56,584 bases of DNA from Atractiella rhizophila (taxonomy: Eukaryota), in NCBI GenBank assembly GCA_021432655.1, contig MU271218.1, forward strand, positions 90,335-146,918, written 5' to 3'. The notes under the pieces are model-generated. The model was given only the letters and a program-made list of their open reading frames with translations, ran no database searches and was not told the DNA's origin. Positions 46,320 to 56,584 of this stretch are shown here, one piece after another. How positions within the stretch are numbered: position 1 is the first letter of the stretch; every line of letters begins with the position of its first letter. A program made the translations under genes and the position numbers.

Positions 46320-47955
46320 ATGCCGTCTGAAGCTTTTCGAGCTGTCGTCATCCCTATTGGCAAGTCCCGGATTTAGCTCTGTGTAGGATGCAGTTTGATT
46401 CCTTTGATAGTGATCGGGGCCTGGTGAGAGACTTGTACAGTTGATTATGAACAGATCCTGACGATTAGCAGGACAAATGCTGCTTTATGGGGTTTTGAAA
46501 TGTGAGTCTCCTGTTATTTTGTATCACCTAACCTGCCTGCTTTAGGTGCATGGTGTACCTGTATTGTTCGAGGTCATGGTCGAGAGACGGCCGACTGATG
46601 CGAACAGCTGTGGCCATCGTCAGTCTCCTTCGTTGTTCTCATTAACAGAAGGCAAAATGAGGGTGACCAGTGTGCTATTGCGGATACGGCGTGTACAGCT
46701 GTAGAAATGTCATGTAGGTACCTTTCCTTTCTGTTTACTCCCCTTTCCTGACTACTTTCAGGCGTTTATGGATACACTGTCACTAACTGGGGGAACGAGG
46801 AATACCTCTTACGCCAAGGTGAGCAACTGACTAATTTGTTATGTGATCTCTGTGACGATCAGGATGTAGGGTGGCAGTTTCCAGCATACATTTTTCTTAC
46901 CGGTCAATATCATGTTCATTTCAAAGAGGACTCTTTAACACCCACCTTAGCCACGGTCGCTTTGGTGGTGCAAAGCTACTTTATCCAGCGATACTTCCGC
47001 ATGTCTCGCAACTTCATCATCACTGGCGTGTTGGCATTGCTGGCCCTCCTTGCTGTCGGAGGATCCTCGTCACTCGCGCTGATAGTCGCCGTACACTCTA
47101 AATATTCTGAAAGAAGCAAGGTTAGGGTGTCGGCCATTCTGTGGGTGGGCATCAAGGCTGTCTGCGGTGAGCTGGTTTGCTCAACTTGCACATTTCCTGA
47201 GTTTTGAACTTCAGATGTTTCAATTGCTACCGCTTTAATTGTTCAGCTTCTGCGTTATCGATCTAAGCATCCACTCAAACGTGCGTTAATGTTCCCCTTC
47301 ATTGAAGCTTCCTCACTGAACTGATATGTCATTTTATAGAGACAAAGAAATTGCTTTCAACATTATGTGTGCTCGCAGTTGAGACTGGTACTCCAACGGC
47401 CCTAGTACGTCGCGCCGTTCCAGAGTACCTCGGATTGAGATTGCTCTTCAGATTGCCGTTGCAGGATTGATAACCTATCTGCAGAACAATTCAAGGTGTG
47501 GAATCTTGTGCTGGTTGCTCCGGCTGATGGTCATATCAGTAATGCCCCGACAGGAATCGCTTTTAACCTCGGTCGTGCCTACTCCATCACTTTTCTTATG
47601 AATCTCTTGATGAGACAATACCTTGCCACCTCTGGTCAGACTAATGCGGACTCAGAGTTTGCGCTTCCGAAATCAAACGAAACCAGACCCAGCATGCTCA
47701 GGAATGCAATTTCTGTGCAGGATGAATTGGCCATCCAGGTCAAAGGGGTGCGTACTTAAATGTATGGCGCCTTACCGACTCATGAGAAAGCAGGAACGTG
47801 GCTCAAGTGAAGGAGAGAAGGCAGTTCATGTCAAAATCTCCGGCTCCAGTGGTGATTTTACCGCAGGGGAAGATGTACCAGGCGATCTCAATGCTTTTCG
47901 CGTCTCCTATCCCCCAGGATCTCGTGTCTCCTCTCAAGTTTCGTTCACATCTTGA
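46320..47955 (+). CDS. DUF6534-like multipass membrane protein, multi-exon, apparently intact
   Basis: Spliced translation MPSEAFRAVVIPIVIGAWTNAALWGFEMCMVYLY...DTACTAVEMSCVYGYTVTNWGN...VVQSYFIQRY...DVSIATALIVQLL...AVETGTPTALIAVAGLITYL...LGRAYSITFLMNLLMR...VSFTS*. The first intron has a GC donor at 46360. Confidence 0.87.
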
Positions 47956-48252
47956 GCTTTCTCAATGAAATATATCTATCGAACAGTGGATGGTCGATGA
48001 TTGGTTGTCGTTTTGTATCACACTTGTAACTTAAATAATTAGTGCTGTGAGAAAGTTCCTTGCCGAGAGTACGATGAAGGGGATGTCGCGCAATGGCGAA
48101 CGTGAAAGATGCTCATGCGACGGTGTCTGCTGAGCGTCTTCAAGTTCCTCACAAACTCTTACCCCGTCCAGAATGCACACATGGAAGTAGAGGCACCATA
48201 TGGATACGAGGTGAAGATCGCAAAGAGAATATAATCACTCGTTCACCGTAAT

Positions 48253-48995
48253 GAGGAAGATGCTCGCGAAGGGACGAGGAGGCTGTTGGAACTGGCGATC
48301 CAGATCTCATTCCAGCTGGGTCTCACGAGCGCCGTCCAACTTGATAACTTATCTTTCGCTACATCCCCATTCAACCTCAAAGTGAAATAAAATGAGTCTG
48401 AACACACCCATGGCCGTGGTCACGTGATCACACCATATGCACCTAACCTCCTAACTAATCATCTATCTGTTCTTCAGGGGTTGTTGGCTTGACAAGGACT
48501 GGGTCTTTACCGTTGGGAACAGTTGGCCTCGTCCTCTTCTACAACCTCCTCGTCTGATCCTCACACCTAACCCGCTCCAATACCGATTACGATAGAGGAT
48601 GTTGAGGAGGGGAAGAGAGTTGGAGGTTGGGTGGTAGGGATGGCGAAGAGGGGAGCGGTTCGTGTCCTGACAATCCTTCTTTGAGCCCTGAACACGCTTT
48701 CCCCTGAGAAGAGGGGGGTGATATCGCGGTATAAAGCAATTGCCACCATCCATCCTGAATTTGGGTTGGCCGCACATTTAATTGTTACTCCATCGTTTAA
48801 TATTTCTGATTATTCTTGATTCCCAACAATTATTCTGTCTGACTTTCTATTCGTTTCTGTTTCTAACAAGCGCATCAACGCTACTCTAGAAAAGGACACA
48901 TTCTCTTCTGCTTATTACTCAGGCGATTCCTTCGCTATCATTCACCCGCAACACCACCTCGCTGGCGGAGAACTGCAGCGAAATAGGATGAGCAC
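48253..48995 (+). pseudogene. Decayed copy of the 3' part and 3' flank of the 40813 DUF6534 gene
   Basis: GATCCAGATCTCATTC, CTCACGAGCGC, ACAGTTGGCCTCGTC.TCTTCTACAACCTCCTCGT and GCGAAATAGGA.GAGCAC match 41787-42613; contains frameshifts and a stop. Confidence 0.82.
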
Positions 48996-49673
48996 TTCAT
49001 GTTGTTAGCTGCTGGCCAGATTCAATCTGGTACAAACAACCTGACGAGAGGAAGATTGGGTGGTAAATGGACCGATAGAACGGTGAACATTTCTCAAACT
49101 TGGGCCATGTTTGAGACCAAGGTCGTGGTGTCAGCCCATCCCACTTCAGAACTTGCAAGCTCCTTCCATGCCACTGTCTGTTGAGGAGACTCATGGACAA
49201 GCGCAACTTTGGAATATTTGTCATCCAATAATTTCAGAAGCTACAGTTCACTGCAAGCATGGTCAGCTTCCTTCTCCCTCTCACAGAGACTATAAGGGTG
49301 TGGGTAGTAGGTTCTGAGAGCCATCAAAGAATGAGGGTTGGAACTTCCGCACGTCCGGAGAAGTCCAGAGTCGCAAAAGAAATGTGGTCGAATGTAACAA
49401 GATCTCCAGAGGTCGTTCCTGGCAGCGGTATTATTGCAGATGAACATCCCCTTAAACCGAAAAGCACTAGCGAAAGTATTCCCATTTATTGCCTCTGGAA
49501 GGGCAAGAGAAGGTTTTGGAGCTGTGATTTGGTCTTGCAGGAATTTGGGCAGGGAAGGAACAACTCAGTGAGGGACTCCTTTATAAGGGACAGGGAGATT
49601 CTGCATTGAAAGAGACGATCAGAGTGCCTCCCTTTCCGCTTTCGGAAAATACTTCCTTCCAGCCACAGTTGTG

Positions 49674-51310
49674 ATGTCTTCTGAAGTTTCTCGAGCTGTG
49701 GTGATTCCTATTGGTAAATCAGAGATTTGACTTCGTCTTGGATGCAGTTTGATTCTTTTGATAGTGATCGGGGCCTGGTACGTGACTCGCCCAGTTGATT
49801 ATGAACAGTCCCTGACCTTTGGCAGGACGAACACCGCTTTATGGGGTTTTGAGATGTAACTGTCCTGCTTGATCTTTGCACCATCATCTAACGTGGCTCC
49901 CTCAGGTGCATGGTGTTCCTGTATTATTCGAGGTCATCTTCGAGGGATGGCCTGCTCATGAGAACAGCTGTCGCAATCGTCCGTTAACATGTCTCTCATT
50001 ACCGCCGAACGCAGAGTGACTGGAGTTCAGTGCTCAATTGTGGACACAGCATGTACAGCCGTGACACTGTCTTGTAGCTTACGTCCCATTCGTCCTCCTT
50101 TCCTGATCAACCTTTCAGGCGTTTATGGATATACCGTCACACATTGGGGGGAAGGGGAATACCTCCTACGTCAAAGTATGAATCGCTCCATTTTATCAGC
50201 GTGAGATCTGACAACCGTGTGTAGGATGGGAGTTTCCCGCATATCTCCTTCTTACAGGTCAATAGCTGTTCCTCTCAAAAGAAAACACTTTGACGCTACC
50301 ATAGCCACCGTTGCCATAGTAGTGCAGACCTACTTCATCCAGCGTTACTTCCGCCTATCGCAAAATTTCATCCTAACTGGAGTATTGATAATCTTAGCCT
50401 TACTTGCTCTTGCAGGTGCAATCTCGCTCTCAGCCACTGTTGCCAGGGGTTATGAATATTCAGAAAGAAATAGAAGCAGGGTCAAGGTCCCCGCAATACT
50501 CTGGGTTGGCCCGAAGGCAGTCTGCGGTTAGTTGCTTTGGTCTAGATGCATTTTTCTGATTTTGGAGCTAGATGTTGCAATTGCTACCACTTTGATCGTT
50601 CACCTTCTACGTTATCGATCTAAGCACCCCCTTCAACGTACGACAACGTCGCTTTTGCGGTTGAACTGACGGGGCATTGTTTAGAGACGAGGAAGCTGAT
50701 TTCCACGTTGTGCATACTTGCGATCGAGACTAGTACCCCAACAGCCTTAGTAAGTCGCAATCCTCACTCAGATCGTCGTAGATGGACATTACTTTTCAGA
50801 TTGCTGTTGCGGGATTGATAACCTACTTACAGAACAATTCAAGGTATGCACCTTGTGCTGGACGCTTCGTCTGATGGTCTACCAGCAATGCTTCGGTGGG
50901 CATTGCCTTTAATCTCGGTCGCGCCTACTCCATCACCTTCCTTATGAACCTTGTGATGAGACAATCCCTTGCCACTCCCAACCATCTTACTGCAGACCAC
51001 GAGTTTGCACTTCCGAAGTCAATCGTAACAACATCCAGCATGTTTATGAATGCCATTTCGGTGCAGCAGGGAACGCCGATCCAAGTGGCAGTTTGTAATT
51101 GATCTCAGGTTCCTTCACGGCTCATGAGTGGCGCAGGGACCTTCGAGTGGAAAACAATCGAGCGAAGAAGAGAACGCCGTTCCTACCAAAGTCTCCCGTA
51201 CCAGCGGTGAATTTGCCAGAAGGAAGGAGATACCAGGCAATCCTAATGCTATTCTGGTTTCCTATCCCCCAGGATCTCGAGCCTCATCCCAGCTTTCCTT
51301 CGCGCCATGA
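49674..51310 (+). CDS. DUF6534-like multipass membrane protein, multi-exon, apparently intact
   Basis: MSSEVSRAVVIPI start, same intron positions as 46320-47955; VVQTYFIQRYFRL, DVAIATTLIVHLL, AIETSTPTAL, LGRAYSITFLMNLVMR; ends QLSFAP*. Confidence 0.85.
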
Positions 51311-51990
51311 TCTTTGCCCAGGGGATCAAACCATCGCATCGAAAATGACACAATGGTGATAAGTCCATGGTGTATTATATAGCTCAATGTCTGAATTGGC
51401 CATTTTGATTTCTGCCCAACACACATTTGGGTATCTATGTGACAGGTGAACGCTGAGCCTGCAGCGGAACAGTATCTCTATGCCAAACTTTGTCGAACCA
51501 CTACTATCAGATGAGACGATGAAAGCATTGTCGACTTCCAGAAAGCTCCGTGATAAGAGAGGAAAATCGAGGAAAGATGGCTGAAAGAGGAGCGTGCGCC
51601 ATTAGCTGGAGACTGATTGCCTCACAAATAGTAGTAGTTCGATTCACTTTCGAAACTTCACCATCCTCAACGCGTTATAAACAGAAGCGAGGGCTATGGA
51701 TACGAGGTGAACAGGTGAACATTGCATCAAGAATATCATCAATCGTTCACCATAATCATCACAGAAATAACACCACATCATCCCCTAGCGATCTTCGTAG
51801 TAAGATAACAACTAAGTAGAATATAAGGTAGGTGATACAGAAAATGAGAGAAGAAATGTTGCGACTTTACGAGCAAGTTGCTGGCAGGCATATACTTTGG
51901 CAAACTGACAAAACGAAGAGAAGAAGATGCGACATGACAGTCAAGTCAGGCAACCCCGAACAACTCAAGCTCAATGGGAAAGAAAATCAT

Positions 51991-54900
51991 TCAATTTTCA
52001 GCACACCAACTTCCTCCTTTCTTCACATCTGCCCGAAATAAACCAAATCAGCATTGCCCAATCGCAGCAGGGATGAGAGAGCGAAAACAAACATTTGTCG
52101 ACCAACAGTCCGATGTCGTGCACCAAGAATCGACACAGCACTTGTCCAAAGAACTCAGAAGAGCGCTTCAGCCTCATTTCGATTCGTTGTTTCTCGATCC
52201 TCCCGATGGAGGGATAGGTGGAGGGTTGTTCGCCTATCAGGCAGGCGATGTGGCGGTCTGTAATTTGGCAACTCATCAGTTTGGCTAGAGATGAAAAGGA
52301 GTTGAACAAACCAATGATTTGACCATGAAGGAGTACTCTGGAAAGAGCCTCGACGTATACCGATGGTGAATCCAAGCTATCGCTCTCTCAGCATCACATT
52401 CGTGGAGGAGAAATAGACGCACCTCTTCCCGTTGGTCATCCTATCGATGCTCCTACTCAGCTTGCTACTCCAAGATCCAAACGAGCTCTGCCCATTCCTC
52501 TTTCCAACGCCATCAATCAAGCTCCCCAACTTCTTATTCAGCGTCGATTGAATGCCATCCAACAATCCTTCGAAGCTCTCCAACTCCTTCGCGAACTTAT
52601 CAGCGTTCATCGCGACTTCACTTCCACTCGCAAATTGCTGTGACCCTTGATTGGAAGGTTCAACAAATATCGAACCCGTCCGCTCCACCCCATCAAGACC
52701 AGTGAGGAGCAATTCGATCATCCGCACCTTTGCCTCGACAGCAAGTAACTTCGCCCCTCCCTGCAGCCACATCTGCGGCGGAAGGTAGAGCCGTTCAGTG
52801 ACGAAACCGCCGGTAGTCATCGTCGCTCTAATGGTGCGCATGAGGTGAAAAGGACGTCTCAGTGGGTTAGCTGGAAGCTGTAGGAGATCGGCACTTGGCG
52901 GTGGGAACGCGTTGTTCGAGCCTACAACCGCAGCATTGAAGGTTGCGTTCGACCTGAAGAAGGTAGCGGAGGTAGGAGTCTCAGCAGTCTCTGGAACTTG
53001 GAGCCCTGCGGTTTGAGGGATAGGATATAACCGTTCATCGAACATGTACGGGGTGGACGAGCGCGAGTTCATGCTCCCGGCCGTTGATTGAGAGGGTGGA
53101 AGTCCGACAGGAACGGATGCCTTTCGTTGAGGAGTGGGAGGATACGCTCGTCCTTGCTCCTGTAGGACAGGTGGGAAAGGTTCGGAGTCGTAGGAGTTGA
53201 ATAAAGGTCTCTTCCCAGGCTGAGATAGCGTCCTGAATCTCGCTGGTAAACTTCCTCCCACGGCTCCTCCCGTTCGAGCACCAAAGTCTTCCATGCTGCC
53301 TACCGATCCAGGTTCCGCACTGCTAGGTCGCGTACGACCAAGCTCATCCTCCACCTCAGCACCTAACATCTGCCCCAACTTGCTTCGTCGCTTGCTTATG
53401 GCCCCTTGCGCCGTCGTAGCGGAGATCAAAACGACTGGGCTTCCATCAGTCCTCTTCAAGACGTGCTGAGCACCATTCGACGCGCCATTTGCGCCCGTTG
53501 GACCAGATGAAGCAGTAGCAAGCGGTCCGTTGGCGCCAGCGAGACTCGCGCTCCTCATAGGTCGTGTCACCGAGTCCTCTTTCAACTTCAAGGTCCCCGG
53601 CAACGCAGATCCGAGCCCTCTCGAGTACTGCTGTGGATGGTGCGTAGAGCTAGTGGAGCTGCTGCCGTGGGTAGAAATGGAATCGAGTGAGGCCATATGC
53701 CTCAAACTCCTCTCTGAGCTCCCACTATCCTTCCGCCTCCTCGGATCGCCCAAAACCTCTTCTTCAAGTGAAACCACTGTGACCTCTGGCTTGGACAGGG
53801 CATCGAGAGACTTTGACAATTGCATGGGGACGGCAGGAAGGGGCAGGGTTGGCGGGGGGCCACGGGGCATAGGTTGTGGGGGTTTCTTGGTTGGGACTGG
53901 AGGCGGTGGGGGAGTGGAAGGCTCAGGGAGGAACGTGGAGGGGTTGTAAGTCGTTGTGAAGGCGTCTGCAGAAGAAAGGTCGGGCAGGAACGACATGCCC
54001 GCATAGGCATCTTCATTATCTGTCCCAGAAAAAAAACCCTCCTTCTCCATAGCGGGGGCGACAGCAGGATTAGGAGGTAATGGTCGAGTAGGAGAAATAG
54101 GCTGCTGAAACTGCGCCTGAGTCTGCTGAGTGGGAGTAGGTGTGTTCCCCCTCCCCTCCTCAGCCAAAATGGAAAGCATGCTCCCTGGCGTTTCTGCACG
54201 CACAGTCGTCGCTCCTTCCTCGCCATTCCTGACGGTCCCATTCCCCACCAAATCCACCTTCCGCATCAAATAGCCTCTCATCACATCTTCCTCTCCCGTT
54301 CCACCCATGACGGCTACGGCAGGGAACTCCGAGCTCATCGGCCTCTCGCCCTCTCCCACGTCCACATCGCCATCCTCGTCCTCCTCCGCAATCTTCTCTT
54401 CTCTCCTCGCCATATCCTCCTTGTGCACGGACGAGGCAGGTCCAATCGTCTCCAGGACCGAGCTGCGTCCCGTACTCCTCCGCCCGCTCCCTCCTCCAGG
54501 TGCGCTCCAGAAAGAGCTTTCGGCGCTACTGGAATACTCGTGCATTCCAGGATCAAGGGGGGAAGGAGGGGGAGAGTGGTCCATATACGCTTCGGGAAGA
54601 CGTCTATCTTCGGTGTAAGAGGAGATGATGGGCTGAGAGAGGGAGTCGGTGAACGACTGCGATGGTTGGGATCTCGAATGCGAATGCGATTGAGAGGGGA
54701 TCGGGGTGGGAGAGGGAGATCCCCTCCGTTTTCTGCGCGAAGAGGATGGTCCGATCATCCTCGAGTCTTCCTTTTCCTTCTTCTTGTCCCTCTTGCTGTT
54801 CTCCCTGGATACCGTTGCTGCGGAGGCGGACGTCGAAGAGTTGATCGGGGGCACGGGTGGCTCTGGGATCGCATTCGAATCCATATTTCCCACCGTAGTC

Positions 54901-56423
54901 GTAGTCGTTGGTGGTGGAAGTGGAGGCGGAGGAGGAGTTGCGTTTCCACCACCAGGCGGCATCGCTCGAAGCATGATGATTCTCTCCCTATAAGTATCAT
55001 GCTGTCCGGGATAACATCAACACTGCATTCTGACGAATCCAAACCATACGGTATGACGGAGAAAGCTCACGATGACTCTCAACCTCCTCGCCTCGTCCAA
55101 CCTAGCCCTTTCCCTCCTCAACCTCTTCGCCTTCTCCTCCTCGCTCTCTCCCGCCCCTCCCACATTCGCACCCGAATCAGCCCGTGCACGAGCGCCGCGT
55201 TCCACCTTGTACGTTACGGGAGATCAGCAAAATTTCTTTTCCGCAGAATTGCGAGGATGGAAGGGAAATGAAATGGAGAAGTACCTTTGACATGACTTGA
55301 CGGAGCAATACCACGCTCTCTTCATAAGCCTCAACCGCTTCCTGTACCTGATTCGAGCTGTCCAGCAAGACCGCTTGCTGAGCTCTAGAGAGGGCCAGAG
55401 TGAGGATCCGCTTCGACGATCCCTGCGAGGTCGTACTCGTAGGGGTAGGTGCCGACGGGTTTGAAGGGGTAGTCTGTGCAGTGGCAGTCGAAGATGTGGA
55501 GGGGGCATGAGAGTGTGAATGGGAATGAGACGATTGATGATGATGATGGGAGGAGGTGGAATGAGAGTGGTGGTGGGACGAAGACGAAGGGGTGTGGGAG
55601 TGCGAGTGCGAAGAAGAGATGGAAGCGTTATGTGCCAGCTCGGACCTCCTCGACGATCTCGATTTCGTCCTCCTCCTCTCTCCCCTCCTCTCTTCCTCTT
55701 CCGACCTTCCCTGACTCCTCGATCCGCTCCCACTCCCACTTCCGGTCGCACTCCCACCGACACTCGGATTCCGAGACATAGAAACGCTCACGCTCTCGCT
55801 CGCCTCCACAACATTCACATCGCCATCCACAGCGGGGACCTCGCTCTCCTTCTCCTTTCCCTTCTCTTCCTTCTCTTTATTTCCAGGCGAGTGCAAAGGC
55901 AGCCACTCCACAGGTCCCTCCCTCATCGGGGAATGCAACGAGGCAGGCGATAGGGGAGGGGTCGGTGGTTGAGGTCTTGGCGGCATCGGGGTCCGTGCTT
56001 CTTCTTCTTCTTCTATGTCTCTTTCTTCAGATGCTTCCAGTTCGACTTCGATTTCGACGACCGGAGTTTGGTGTTGTTCTTGTTCTTGTTCTTGATCGAC
56101 GACAAGGTCAGGTTGTTCGCTCCCTCCTACGAATGGAACAGATCGAGATGGTGACTGTGGTGCTGGTGCAAGGCTGGGATTATCGACAGCGATGAGCGAG
56201 TTCGACAGGGCGAAGTCGATAGAGAAAGGTGGTAGGAGGCCAACCGAGGTGGTGGGATCTTCTTCAGGTTCCGTATCCGTCTCCGTTCCCGTAACGGGAG
56301 CTGTAATCGAGATATCGTCTTCTTCTGAAGCCGAAGCTGGAGCTGGAGAGGACGAGGACGAGGGGAGGGACTGATTGGATGTAGCCGCAGCCGTCGTTGT
56401 CGTCGTCGTCGTGAGGGGAGGAG
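51991..56423 (-). CDS. Fungal MIT-domain protein with long disordered regions and a conserved C-terminal helical domain (start codon unresolved)
   Basis: MIT motif KRILTLALSRAQQAVLLDSSNQVQEAVEAYEESVVLLRQVM...RLRVIHDTYRERIIML spans introns 55284-55206 and 55070-55002. C-terminal LRRPFHLMR...GGFVTERLYLP..MW and EFFGQVLCRFLVHDIGLLVDKYVKKGGSW; stop at 51991-51993. The frame stays open up to an acceptor at 56424. Confidence 0.88.
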
Positions 56424-56584
56424 CTAAAGGATAAATATATCAGCGACCGATCAACACGCTGTGGACGCAATTCCCCAGCTGGCCGTCAAGCTAGGCTCAG
56501 GTTCGGTGATCGTGATACTGCATGATCGTATAGTAAAACGTTATAAGGTAGATAGATGGTCCCGTCCACAAGGAGTCCGACGCG

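Noticed and set aside
53530..55953. Plus-strand ORFs such as 54423-55271 (282 aa) and 53530-53949
   Set aside because: Antisense shadows of the GC-rich MIT-domain gene with no recognisable motifs.

Overview
Eukaryotic, intron-rich fungal DNA. Short 50-80 nt GT-AG introns, DUF6534-type membrane genes and a Plavaka transposase suggest a basidiomycete (inference). Two conserved genes are present: Ran/GSP1 (38647-39747) and a MIT-domain protein gene (51991 to at least 56423). The rest is a fast-turnover accessory region. It holds a ~9.1 kb tandem duplication carrying one intact and one broken F-box/LRR gene, and a decayed Plavaka (CACTA/CMC-related) transposon whose clear nonsense lesions are all TAG. 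It also holds an array of seven complete or partial DUF6534-like multipass membrane genes arranged in two arms pointing away from Ran, a relic NB-ARC/STAND (NLR-like) gene, and a Helitron 5' end cut by an assembly gap. The most unusual structure is a single-LTR Ty1/copia element whose uninterrupted gag-pol frame is fused in-frame, inside RNase H, to the 3' half of a host DUF6534 membrane gene. No CRISPR array, rRNA or convincing tRNA gene was seen. All alignments and translations were done by eye.
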